From Nemertoderma westbladi (taxonomy: Eukaryota > Animalia > Xenacoelomorpha): a DNA stretch of 64,000 bases. This document shows positions 14,601 to 25,145 of the stretch, piece after piece. Each line of letters opens with the position of its first letter. Position 1 is the first letter of the stretch. The notes below the pieces were generated by a model. That model was not told where the DNA came from, searched no databases, and saw nothing but the letters and a program-made list of their open reading frames with translations. The stretch is taken from NCBI GenBank assembly GCA_032718475.1, contig JAUCBJ010003673.1, positions 3,246 through 67,245 of the forward strand, written 5' to 3'. The translations under genes and the position numbers were made by a program.

Positions 14601-15676
14601 CAGCGTGGTGATTCTTTATCTTTACAAACAGCAATTTTATATTTCGCAGAAACAATGTCTGATCTCTCTAAGTTCTTTATCAACGATGCCGATAATGTTT
14701 TACGAACATCATTAGAGACTCCAGCCTTGCATTGTGCAATAATTTCATTTACTTTCTTTGCATTTTCAAACGGATCATTAGATATATCACTGTGCTGCGC
14801 ATTAAGAAGATTGTTTAATCTTGGGGGTTTCATTGGTGGTGTTCCTTTCAAAGCCTTGCTGACTGGGACTTGACTTCCAACTTCTATTTCTTCATAAAAA
14901 TCCTCAGTGTTGTCCTGAATTTTATAATTATCTGGTTTTTGAAATTGTCGTGTTGGTAAAGATGGTAATGGCAGCGATCGCCTAAGTGGATCTTTAGATA
15001 TAAATGCATTAGCCTGCAGTCCACCTTGGAGTGGTGGTTGGATGCTTAGTTCATCATCAGTGTGCACTTCCAGAGTTTGGTAATTCTCGCTAACTGGTCG
15101 AGTAGCATCACGGTTTGATCGATCCTCATCACTTTCGATAGAATCGTAATCCTGTAACATAAAACGTTGGATTTGCTCGTTAGTATTGATTTCTTTTCCA
15201 GATTCACTCATTGTTAAACTATTTAATACTGGACAACTTGTTCGATTTAAGGTAGTAGAGAGTGAATTACTGTCTCCCTCTAGACTAGGAAAATATAAAA
15301 ATCCCGGCATGTTCTCGTCTTCAATGCTTCTCTGTATGTTTATCGCATCCATGAGCGCTGCTGTCGGTTGTGAACTTTTGTCTGTATTTGAGTTACAAAA
15401 ATACACATTGAATTCATTATTGTTTGATGTTAATAATAAGTCATCATTTTGTTTATTCGCCATTGAAATCACAACAAAATCATCCATCGTTGAACACAAC
15501 AAATCAGTTTCTGTCGAGTCAACCTGGTCACTGAAATAAGCATGTTGACTGCTGCGATTCGTATTACCCACTTCAGGGTCATTAAATACAACAACAAACC
15601 CATCCTCTTCTGCAGTTTGCAGCAATCCACGTAGACCATTATAACTTACACCGGCCTGGTGAAGATCAAAAGCCAT
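11651..15676 (-). CDS. ARHGEF10: Rho guanine nucleotide exchange factor, ARHGEF10/10L-like (DH + PH-like + C-terminal beta-propeller), single ORF of 1341 aa
   Basis: DH start RREIVRRFINDENVYVQALEKI, then SQWDTSQSIGD and KPLHRYQEYIRFVLELLSQTDNGHPDY. DLIHDFNVLFEISSKVKTLRGSYGDLN resembles the ARHGEF10 insert. Propeller blades LLVGFADGSL and VWLGTNKG. ARHGEF17 is the alternative paralogue. Confidence 0.85.
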   Translation of the reverse strand: MAFDLHQAGVSYNGLRGLLQTAEEDGFVVVFNDPEVGNTNRSSQHAYFSDQVDSTETDLLCSTMDDFVVISMANKQNDDLLLTSNNNEFNVYFCNSNTDKSSQPTAALMDAINIQRSIEDENMPGFLYFPSLEGDSNSLSTTLNRTSCPVLNSLTMSESGKEINTNEQIQRFMLQDYDSIESDEDRSNRDATRPVSENYQTLEVHTDDELSIQPPLQGGLQANAFISKDPLRRSLPLPSLPTRQFQKPDNYKIQDNTEDFYEEIEVGSQVPVSKALKGTPPMKPPRLNNLLNAQHSDISNDPFENAKKVNEIIAQCKAGVSNDVRKTLSASLIKNLERSDIVSAKYKIAVCKDKESPRWQGDELAPIYNYPIEPQLSSFGSLVTQESVLETPYESVESIMDVILELPPLPVKISQNEAKRREIVRRFINDENVYVQALEKIKKFDIHISDKLNLNDIKTVVDKLTPIIAWHQYLRSTLQTHISQWDTSQSIGDALHLLFANVTPLNVYKDYIAKMGLAFVLINGLESLSEKPLCGSLMTKRTQTENAELPLFLAKPLHRYQEYIRFVLELLSQTDNGHPDYINIQRSLTVIEIFTEQLNASCCRMKQMHEVKCLAQHFTTPLINDKYKDLPGKYCYKSSVTDLIMGDKGEVVQGNPRELIIFNDRVMCVQEVDDDSIKDKKETRFRVKWDSPISHISLVKINTSSLSTSNESECVDLIHDFNVLFEISSKVKTLRGSYGDLNLPVDTIQRSIRNTLKSYTSDISKTTRKRLRLRIGTPDSDQFFPLFEFENNRKKLHWCQELCKAQLKHTYLQNPYWICVTDIDSSIPTSLLCSAILINEFSMDSEKDGMPMCGVEVQTNKIPVKSDSVDTFPNIVNAIGPLSDLWTVCHKGKHNYCICVLSFNSSPNTKRKTFKISDRMQPHCIEYASSHFDTVVLIGTVCGKILVFDIPSEKMLHQFNFGKTITLLRYVCDRLLVGFADGSLLTYERHTGSAWAFTDPDPRPRVLGNTAVTCAEEASGEIWVPCGHQLFVYNLKTMALTAHCEVTTKKNHSVTNIAICGSVFLITYHKSPMICFYHRESKVFIHEMSIVDQVQAALKVESSKGKKLGKIGSNSDIYVSACRRILSDVWLGTNKGVLVRMHLPNQGGIPIFERLVIMATFDHSGPINFIQSVNISTSACQAPDLRPEEEDHGREEGPEFAYDLVTNSKAIETLDDRNQPQSPVFTVSTDSETPTGKSQNKRKWTLSGGFQALKQKAKIKKGKSPTVNTLETLSPQPVDCLDSSIEDQPFSLIGSINRAVPNNVFVVTGSQGGTDHITIRSSRKTQLKTWWLQFENNIHSN

Positions 15677-16108
15677 TTTTCAATTAGTAATAGTAGATCA
15701 TTTATGTAGACAAATACAGTATATAGATATAACAGTTACCGGTACATACTACTACTTCACAATTAAAAATTTATTTATTAATTAAATTAAATACATACCG
15801 GTGCATCCTAGAGTGCAATTAATTTTAATTAATTTTTAATTAATTTTAATTAATTTTAATTAATTAAAAGAGTTGCACTTTTTTCCCTAGGGAAAAAAGT
15901 AACCCATAGGATTGCATTGATTTTTACTTTTTTTTCCCCGAGAAAAAAGTAAAATAATAATAATAAATATTGGTGGAAAATATGAAAATAGGAAGTAAAA
16001 AGGAAAAATATGGAGGTGGAATTTCTTCAATATTATTATATAAATTATAAGTAATTAAACAGGACTAAGGATGATCCAACTCTATAGCAAATGGAGCGGA
16101 AAAAATGA

Positions 16109-16180
16109 CGCCACCAGCGGGGATCGAACCCGCGTCTCCCGATAAACGTTCGGGTATGCTAACAACTACACCACGGAGGC
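16109..16180 (-). pseudogene. tRNA-like sequence, copy 1 (D-loop GG mutated)
   Basis: Same cloverleaf as 16421-16492 but TAGTTGTTAG replaces TAGCGGTTAG. T6 tract just downstream. Confidence 0.6.
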
Positions 16181-16420
16181 TCCTGCATCTTTCCGATTGA
16201 TTTGCTATAGGTGGTAAGCTACCTTACGGTTGCTATTGAATACAGTCCTCCTTACAGATGGATTTAATCTGTATTCTAATACAGTAGCAGTTATGACCTG
16301 TACTGCAAACGAATGTTATTGTATATGTGTTTAACATCCATAGATTGTATAAATTATAATTAATTAAACAGGACTAAGGATGATCCAACTCTATAGCAAA
16401 TGGAGCGGAAAAAATGAATT

Positions 16421-16492
16421 CGCCACCAGCGGGGATCGAACCCGCGTCTCCCGATAAACGTTCGGGTATGCTAACCGCTACACCACGGAGGC
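16421..16492 (-). ncRNA. tRNA-like Pol III unit, copy 2 (Asp/Val-like body, non-canonical anticodon loop ACGTTTA)
   Basis: GCCTCCG-TG-GTGTAGCGGTTAGCAT-A-CCCGA ACGTTTA TCGGG-AGAC-GCGGG TTCGATC CCCGC-TGGTGGC-G folds as a cloverleaf. A and B boxes intact, TTTTTT about 6 nt downstream. Lacks U33 and purine-37. Confidence 0.6.
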
Positions 16493-18883
16493 TCCTGCAT
16501 CTTTCCGATTGATTTGCTATAGGTGGTAAGCTACCTTGCGGTTGCTATTGAATACAGTCCTCCTTACGGATGGATTTAATCTGAATTCTAATACAGTAGC
16601 AGTTATGACCTGTACTGCAAACGAATGTTATTGTATATGTGTTTAACATCCATAGATTGTATAAATTATAAGTAATTAAACAGGACTAAGGATGATCCAA
16701 CTCTATAGCAAATGGAGCGGAAAAAATGAATTCGCCACCAGCGGGGATCGAACCCGCGTCTCCCGATATATTCATTTATTATATAAATGTGTTGAAAGAA
16801 CATCGACGTAGAAAAGCTTTGCACGTAGTTTGAGAAAAATCCATTCACACACTCAAAAGTTATGGTAAATTTAGTGTCTGCTCGGCGTACTCCAAAACGG
16901 AACTCAATATTCAATATTAGTTTATATTGTTAAGCGGCTCTCTTGTTACGTAATAAATATTCGAGAACATATAAATGACTTAACATTGAGATTGAGTAAG
17001 GCAGCATCAGGAGTTGAAGGGTACAGTAATTTAAATTGTAGTAACTATGGAAGCAATAAAGTAAAATAATTATAGTTCAATTTATTTTATAACACTATAA
17101 CGCTGTACGTTTTATTAAAGAATTAAGCAACAAAAATGTACCAATTTAAGAAAAAAATTACGTATTATATGGGAAAAAACGTATAACAATTTTGTTTCAA
17201 TATTCTCTTGACCCTTAACCTCGCTGACGCTCGGTAAATAAAATGCCTCGTAAATAATGATTTAAATAATATGAAACTGATTGAATGCATATGCTAACAT
17301 TTCTAATTCAACCTTCTTCAACGTTGAACTATTTGGAAATAATCACTTCAGCACTTTACTAAATGACTAATGCAGTGTATTGTACATTAAATTATAAATT
17401 ATTCAGCCTATATGGAATAGTATTAATTCTAATTGCAAATCCAAACAATTTTATATTTGAACCAATGTATGTGGCCAACTGCAAACTGCAGTTGTTGCAC
17501 AGGCCAACATAATGTACCCCTCTCACTCCCTCAACCAGCTGATATAGTTGTAACAAGCTATTTATAGTAGCCAATGGAAGTGCAATTCGACGCAAGTAAT
17601 TCTCCTTCCTTCCTTTATTGGTTGCTAAACATTCAGTAATAATCCTTCTTGCCTTGCTGCTGGCCTGGCACCTGCCATAATTAAATCAGATAGGTACCTA
17701 GTAGGCCTACGGTAACTGAGTAACACTTTTTATTATTTTTGCTCTGTTTATCATTCAGGTTACAGGCTTAAGACTACAGGACTAACTGACAAGGTTTTCC
17801 ACACCAGTTTATTTTGACTTTTTGCTGTTTTGCATTTTGAGCAAGTTCTGAAGTTCAGAAGTTAGCCAGCAGCCAGGCCAGCTGCATAGCATGTATCAGT
17901 GTATTGCTGTATTTAGGTATTGCCTGATTGCAGTATTGTGTATTGTTTGACTGTTGTTTGTCAGCATGTACAGATGTCAGGATGTACAGATGTAGTACTG
18001 CAGTACTAGTACTGATCAAGCTCTGACTGTCTGAAGCTGATGTAGCTGTATGACTCGTACGCCCACTCTACACTCCCACCCGCACCCACTCCTGCACCCG
18101 GCTGCCCGGGCGCCACGCCTCACTGCCTCACGCCACGCCACACCCCACCCAGCCTCAATCAGTCAATTGCTGAATTGAATTTAATGACATATAGGCCTAA
18201 CAACCAGACAACAATCAGACAATTATCGGTAAAATGGTATGACTGCAAATTTAAAAAAGAGCCTGCCCAGCCATGTCAGCATGTTGTACAGTCAGACAGT
18301 TGTATCACCACTGGGATCCTGACTGTAATACTTACAGGTTTGAGTGCAGGTCTGCGGCGCGCTCTTGCACAGTCAGAAATGCGGCGCGGCGCGATTTTAC
18401 GCAAATAGCTGAATAGATCGTGGCGCGACAAATTACAACAAAAAGGGGGCGGTGCAGCATTGATGTCAGATGTAGCAGTCTGGCAGTAGCACCGCAGCGC
18501 TGTACCAGCTGACCACAACCACACAACATCACCACAGCACACAGGCACAGCGCTATCCAGCCATAATGGCCTGGCCGTCCATGTGAAGATTACCAGGTTT
18601 TCACTTTTTGATCTAGCGGTAATTTGTAATTGTTATGGAAATTATTGAAATTTTTTAAATTTCTTCTTATTACTGTATTAAGTAGGCCTATTTTATAGCA
18701 CATATTTCTATCTTATATTGTATCATGTAAATAAACAGATACCGGTACTAATTCATTCATTGTTTTGGTTAGATAAAGCCCTTCTGTCTGTCTGTATCGT
18801 TAACATTCAAACATTCATTCAGCCCTTCCCTTCCACATCCTTCCACATTGTAAGGAAAATATATTATTTACAGAAAATGTATA

Positions 18884-19187
18884 TTCCACCTTGGTGCTTG
18901 GTGTAGTGGTTGCATTTAATTCACATCTACTGTAGGTCGTGGGTTCGATCCTCACATGGGCCAGGGCAGTTTTCGTTTCGGCACGAATGATTTAAAACGG
19001 ACCAGCCCAGCAGACCAGCCAGGGGCATCTTTCTGCCTTGCATCCTTTAGTGGTAGCTAAATGAGTACTAGAGTTTCCTCTGGGGAGTAAAGTTCTGGGG
19101 GGACCGCACTGGAAATAAGTCGTCAGACTTTGTGCGTAATGTAATCCCTGGCCTAGCGCAGCGGCCGAAGAAAATTTACTTTACTTT
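18884..19187 (+). mobile_element. tRNA-derived SINE, family A
   Basis: A box TGGTGTAGTGG, B box GGTTCGATCC, core TCTGCCTTGCATCCTT..GGTAGCTAAATGAGTAC and (TTTAC)n tail. Second copy at ~56880-57092 on the minus strand. Confidence 0.85.
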
Positions 19188-19322
19188 GTTAGAAAAAGTT
19201 TCGATTTTCAAACAAAATTAAATAATACCTACTGTATTATTTGCAATTTGAATGTGTAACTCCTTTGACTCTAATATCACCACATTCTCCATTCTGCCAT
19301 TCAGAAGGGGGGGGGGGGGGGG

Positions 19323-20423
19323 GTTCACCCCCAGTCTTTTTTTCATCATATTTTTTTTTAATGTGTTTTCCGATGTGAAATTTTATGGTAATTCCGAATC
19401 AGAAATCAGTTTTTCGATAAGGTATTTTGTTCTCGAGTTATGGCAACTTTTGTAATTTTCACACAAAATTTCAAATTTTTAAATTTTGGTGCAGCACCAC
19501 ATTTGACACCAAAAAAGACCATCAAACACCCATAAATGTGCAAATATTTTGCCATTTTCGGGATCAGCGCCTAAATTTAGCCTATAGGTATCAAAACCAC
19601 AAAAGTAGATTATATTTGAAAAAATTTTCACTTTTGGTGCATGTTTGGTCAGTTGTTATCAGGATGAGATTTAAATGTCATTTTTCTCGCATTGGCTTTT
19701 TTGGGACACTTTCTCTATCTACTTTTTAACTACTCAACGGATTTTCGTTCTGTTTGCAGAATTATGTAGAGGAATGTTCCCCGCAAAAATTGTATAGACA
19801 GAATTTTGAAATTTTGCTTCAAAAAAAAAGTTATAGCATTTTTCGTTTAAAAAGTACCGAAAAGTCGAAAAAATCCAAAATTTAGCGATTTTTTACACAA
19901 AAAATGCTATAACTTTTTTTTTAAAAAAAATTTCAAAATTCTGTCTATTCAATTTTTGTGGCGAATATTCCTCTACATAATTCTGCAAACAGAACGAAAA
20001 TCCGCTGAGTAGTTAAAAAGTAGATAGAGAAAAGGTCCTAAAAAAAGCCAATGCGAGAAAAATGACATTTAAATTTCATCTTTATTACAACCTGTTGACC
20101 AAACATGCACCAAAAGTGAAAATTTTTTCAAATTTTTCAAATATAATCTACTTTTGTGGTTGTGATAATTTTCAGCGCTGATTCCGAAAATGGCAAAATA
20201 TTTTCACATTTATGGGTGTTTCATGGTCTTTTTTGGTGTCAAATGTGGTGCTGCACCATAATTAATAAATTTCAAATTTTGTGTGACAATTACAAAAGTT
20301 GCCATAACTCGAGAACAAAATACCTTATCGAAAAACTGATTTCAGATTCGGAATCACCATAAAATTTTACATCGGAAAACACATTAAAAAAAATAAGATG
20401 AAAAAAAAAGACTGGGGGTGAAC
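19323..20423. mobile_element. Foldback/MITE, ~1.1 kb, with ~530-bp inverted arms
   Basis: GTTCACCCCCAGTCTTTTTTTCATC at the left and GATGAAAAAAAAAGACTGGGGGTGAAC at the right. Arms stay complementary inward to ~19850/19890. No clear TSD. Confidence 0.9.
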
Positions 20424-20741
20424 TGCTCAGTAGCTGCCTAGTTCATCTACACAGCAGCACAGGCCAGGAATAGAGTACTACATCTAGGCCTACAATCTAA
20501 ATCCACTTATATTATAAATTCTGAAATTTATTCAAAAATAAATTCGTAATTCTAATTATTTTAAAATTTAGTTTATATAAATTGCGCCCCGTACCGTATA
20601 CAACTTAGAACTTACCATCCACCATCCAGAGCACTCTTGTAGTTACTGGTGGTCACTGATTGAAAGCTGAAGTTACATTTTCATTGTATCAAATTGTATT
20701 ACTCACCTAATCGGATCAATAATAATCGAAATAATTTAGAT

Positions 20742-21725
20742 ATGACTACCGGAGGGAGCCCATCGCCTTCTATCGCGACAAAAGATTTATCAACAAACTC
20801 CGTCGCCACGGAAACAGACTCGCAAACATCCAACGATTACATACAGGATTTGCAACAATGGCTAAGTAAATATTACCAATGGAGCACAATGTGGTACCTA
20901 CCACCCCCACAGCCGTACCCCATGCCGTACGCCGCCGTCATCCCCCCGGGTGCATGGGGTGCCCCTCCCTACGCCCAGGCCGCCGCTCCACCACCAGGCC
21001 AACCCTACGCCCAGGGTGCGTGGCCAGCGCCCCCTACAACCCCACAGACCCGAGCTACGCAGCACACGGCCAACCTACCGCTAACACTTACCGGAATAAG
21101 TCGAGATTCTTTAGAGTACAAAGTCCCCTCGATATGGAAACGAGTTGGCGCCGAAGTTATAGATTGTTTGATTTTATTTATACTCAAGTCTACGTTTACT
21201 ATAATAGTGATGGGATGGTGGTTGGGGTTCGAGGCTGCATCCAGTCAATCCTGGGCCGACATTTTGGAGAAAGCCTTCAACGTCATCAACGATGACGTCA
21301 AAGGGACGGAGGATTTGAGCGATGTTGATGTGAGCGAGTTAGAATTTATAACCTTTATGGTTCTTGCGTACAGACTGGTTGTCTGCTTCTACGAGGTTTG
21401 TTTCCTCGCGCAGGGCATCTGCTACATGGGGGGCGCCACACCGGGCAAGTGGTTGTTCGGTCTACGTGTCGTCCAGTGTGCCCGAGTTCAGCCCTTGGGC
21501 GGGGACAGAGTGGCTGTGTTCGACGGGGCGGATATAGGATTCGCTAACTCTATGATTCGTTCGCTCATTAAGAACGTTAGTTTCGCCTTTATGATTCCGA
21601 TAGCTTTCACCGCTGTTATTAACCCCAACCATCGCGCCACCTACGATATCGCCAGCCATTCTATAGTTGTTTGTGGCCGCGAATATCGGAAGGACGACGT
21701 CCGTAGACTCCGACTGGCAGCGTAA
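20742..21725 (+). CDS. FAM8A1: FAM8A1 homologue (RDD-domain ER membrane protein, HRD1 ERAD complex), single ORF
   Basis: N-terminal YIQDLQQWL..YYQW helix, Pro-rich linker and RDD motifs WKRVGAEVID, GATPGKWLFGLRVV, RSLIKN, RATYDIASHSIVV. First ATG is 20742; the track start at 20694 is TTG. Confidence 0.9.
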   Translation: MTTGGSPSPSIATKDLSTNSVATETDSQTSNDYIQDLQQWLSKYYQWSTMWYLPPPQPYPMPYAAVIPPGAWGAPPYAQAAAPPPGQPYAQGAWPAPPTTPQTRATQHTANLPLTLTGISRDSLEYKVPSIWKRVGAEVIDCLILFILKSTFTIIVMGWWLGFEAASSQSWADILEKAFNVINDDVKGTEDLSDVDVSELEFITFMVLAYRLVVCFYEVCFLAQGICYMGGATPGKWLFGLRVVQCARVQPLGGDRVAVFDGADIGFANSMIRSLIKNVSFAFMIPIAFTAVINPNHRATYDIASHSIVVCGREYRKDDVRRLRLAA

Positions 21726-24008
21726 CTGTTTGCAGTAAGTTGAGTCCTGCTGGACTCATTGGACATTCTTGAATTTATGTTTTACATATTTATTATGTTG
21801 CGAGGAATTTGTGCATATATCTAATTATATATAATCGCTTAAAAAGCAATTAATTATTTTTCAGATTTCAAATATGTCCTGTGATTTAGTGTTAAGGAAC
21901 CTCATAAAGCGAGTGAAGGCGAAACATCGGTTACACAACGAATTAGTCGCGTGTACTTATATTTGTTTCCCAATAATAAACTTAGCAGAAGTTGATAGCT
22001 AAATAAGTGAACTATTAATAACGTGGAGATTAAAGTGGCTTTATTTCCCGATGACCACGAGATACAATTTCGAGCGGTTTTGAATGTACTCCATAAGGGT
22101 ATCGTTACCGAAGAAGGTTACCGTAGTGTAACGGATCGTTACCGTAGTGTTTTATACAACAGAGTTTCCTACGCCGTTGCACCCAGTAAACCCACCCAGT
22201 ATCCAGTGCACCCAGTATCGGTAGGTGTATTCCCTATCCTTACAATACTAGGAACCCCTCTTGATTTAGCGGCTTTGATTGGTTATTGAGGTGCACGTTG
22301 TTTAGACTTTGAAATCATCATGATGAGAGACAAACTCTACTTCCAGGTAGTGCAGTACCGGTGGACCTTGGATATGTGAGGGTTCTCATGATACAAATAT
22401 GTCTAAATACCTGAAATACAACAAATTATGTTTACTGACAGTTGATGTGGCTAGAAGGCATTATTAGTACACAGAACAGGAAATTAAGTGAGCTGTTGTT
22501 GTTTTGTCTGTAATGGATGGATGAATCATGTTCTCGCATAACCTAATGTTGTCCCAAAACCTAATGTTGGAAAAGTTAGTCTAAAATTCCTAAAGAAGAG
22601 TTGTCGGTTTTATATTGAATTGTATAAACTCCAGCGATTTAAAAGCATAGGCCTGTATCCATAGATTTTTTAACCTGTAGACTCCTTTCCTTATTCAGAG
22701 TAAATACTACTACTATCGGAATGCTGCATTGCAGCTGCATTAATATATTACATATATGAATACTGCTGTGCCGGAATGTCAGAGTAAATGGTCACGTATA
22801 ATGTGATTATTATGACTATTACATGACATTAATTCCTTGATTAATACCATTTAATATTAACACCACATAATAACATACTATTTATCTGTCGCCAATTATT
22901 TACTTCTTAATATTTGTGTATAAATTCTAAATTGTTCTTTTTGGTGGAGTGAATTGTGAATTTTGTATATATTGGTGCCGAGAAGACCTAATAAATGTGT
23001 TTGTATCATAATGATATAATTATTTGCAATCAAATTTCGCCATTTTTATAATAACTAAACTATTTACATCATTGTGTGTAGGGATGTCCCGGAATCGATA
23101 TTTTGATTCCGGCCGGAACCGGAATTCAACATGCCGGAATATTCCGGCCGGAACCGGAATTTTCTATAATTAGTGAAATACACTAAATGACCCAAGAAAC
23201 TTTATAATTTTTTGTGAAACAAATGAATTTTTTTAATTTCTAAAGCTAAGTTTGATAATGAGAGGAATCAAAACCTTGGGGGGAATTAAAGTGGGTGGAG
23301 TGTAGAGTGGCCTGGGCCGTAATGGGACGGGATGGTACTTCGGCATTGAACGACAGGGAATTCAATAAAAAATTTTTCTAAAATCTATAACTTTGGCCAA
23401 AAGTTAGGTTATTAGCATTTAGACTCATACCTAAAAACCTACGTTAAACAAAAACCTATGGTTTCGCGTCATTAGGTCCTTTGGTGCAATATCCTGGTGT
23501 CTTTAAGGGAAAGGAGCATGTTACAGTGACATGTTATTCGAACCAAAACAATAAACGAGGCCAATAGTACAGTTTAATTATTGCTGGGAATAAATAGATT
23601 TATGGTAAGAAATAGCTTTGCTGTAAATAAATTATACTATATTATGCAGCACCTTCGACGCAGAACTGAACTAAAGACCACTCGCAGGACCTGTACGTAT
23701 TGTAATAACGTTTATATTAGATTTAGGTTAGAGTAGTAATTGTAATTGTGTAATATTGTATTTGTAACCAAGTAACATAAAGGACCCCCATGGAAATAAG
23801 CTGCAAATCTTTAGGGGTCATCCTATATGTTACGTTGGACAATACCAAACATAATATTATCATATTATTTAATAATAAATTCAAAGTAAAATAATATAAA
23901 ATCAATGTAAAATAATGTAAAAATCAATGTAAAATATTGTAAGATCAATCTAAAAAACGTCATTTTATAAGCAAATTGTAAAAAGCAAATTGGAAAAACC
24001 ACTATTTA

Positions 24009-24322
24009 AGGCCCGTGCTCCACTGGTAAGTCTTATGTAGGTAGTCTTAGTCAGAATAAATTATGGAACACATTGGTTTCAATGTTAGCGTCTCCAATGG
24101 TAAATCGTAAGTTACGACTGTGATTATGTCCCATGTTCCATCTTTTGACACATGACTCATGTGTTATATCCGGCAAGATGCCTGTGATTGGTTACTTTGC
24201 GTATAAATATGCAGTAAATGTGAGATGCATCTTATATTTTTTATCAAATGACTTATGACTTGTGTTACCAATGGAGCAATGAGGCATTCATTTTGACATT
24301 CTGACCAGTGGGGCACGGGCCT
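24009..24322. mobile_element. Nested ~310-bp MITE, possibly PIF/Harbinger-like
   Basis: TIR AGGCCCGTGCTCCACTGGT / ACCAGTGGGGCACGGGCCT (one mismatch). The TSD is imperfect. Confidence 0.6.
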
Positions 24323-24717
24323 ATTGATGCATTTCATTAGTTAATGTAAATTACGATGGCGATGGTTACTTTGCATATAAATATGCAGTAAATGTGAGAT
24401 GCATCTTATATTTTTTATCAAATGACTTATGACTTGTGTTACCAATGGAGCAATGAGGCATTCATTTTGACATTCTGACCAGTGGGGCACGGGCCTATTG
24501 ATGCATTTCATTAGTTAATGTAAATTACGATGGCGATGGTTACTTTGCATATAAATATGCAGTAAATGTGAGATGCATCTTATATTTTTTATCAAATGAC
24601 TTATGACTTGTGTTACCAATGGAGCAATGAGGCATTCATTTTGACATTCTGACCAGTGGGGCACGGGCCTATTGATGCATTTCATTAGTTAATGTAAATT
24701 ACGATGGCGATGGTTAT
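24187..24717. repeat. 174-bp tandem triplication spanning the right end of the nested MITE
   Basis: TGGTTACTTTGC(G/A)TATAAATATGCAG recurs at ~24189, 24363 and 24537. Confidence 0.92.
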
Positions 24718-25145
24718 TGTGAATTGTATATGAATACTACAGTAGGTGGTGTAACATATGGTGGGACCATTTTATTTTGATTACCAGGTGAAATGTTTTT
24801 GGAAATGTGTTAGATATCAAACGTGCAACTGCAAAGCACTGCGTGCCAACGTGCAAAATGTGCAACTATCAAACTAGTTAGGAACCTGGCAATTCCGGTA
24901 AAATTCCGGCCGGAATTGACCCCATTCCGGCAATTCCGGCCGGAATCGGGCAAAAACCGCCGGAATTCCGGCCGGAACGGAATTCCGGGACATCCCTAAT
25001 TGTGTGCAAAGTAGCACTTTGCGAGATTATTATGTACCGAGCGCAGCGAGGGAGGTTTACATACATAAACAAGGGTCTTTAACGTTGAAAAGTGACCTTT
25101 GCAAGCAATGATGTATGTAATTTTGTTACATTAAATTTTGTACTT

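Larger units (their letters stand above)
16046..16775 (-). repeat. ~310-bp unit repeated 2.3 times, each unit carrying a tRNA-like cassette
   Basis: AGGACTAAGGATGATCC recurs at 16061, 16370 and 16682. Flanked by TTATTATATAAAT at 16033-16045 and 16776-16788. Confidence 0.9.
15875..17260 (-). mobile_element. Non-coding dispersed repeat (non-autonomous element, class unresolved), interrupted by a tRNA-like tandem insert
   Basis: Reverse-complement match to 61040-61690 (e.g. TTAGTGTCTGCTCGGCGTAC at ~16871 vs GTACGCCGAGCAGACACTAA at ~61449) and partial match to 47590-47790. Short palindrome CTTTTTTCCCTAGGGAAAAAAG at one end. Strand is relative to the other copies. Confidence 0.75.
23079..24998. 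mobile_element. Non-autonomous hAT-type DNA transposon, 1.9 kb
   Basis: 17-bp TIR TAGGGATGTCCCGGAAT / ATTCCGGGACATCCCTA, 8-bp TSD ATTGTGTG (23071-23078, 24999-25006) and subterminal CCGGAAT motif clusters at both ends. Confidence 0.92.

Noticed and set aside
16421-16492. Functional tRNA-Asn(GTT)
   Set aside because: The loop lacks U33 and purine-37, the acceptor stem has a mismatch, the body resembles Asp/Val tRNAs, and it lies in a repeat.
17990-18600. GC-richer patch with short ORFs as a coding exon
   Set aside because: No recognisable protein motif. It may be a promoter or repeat relic, but I cannot support a call.
20694-20741. N-terminal extension of FAM8A1 in the ORF track
   Set aside because: Starts at TTG; the first ATG is 20742.
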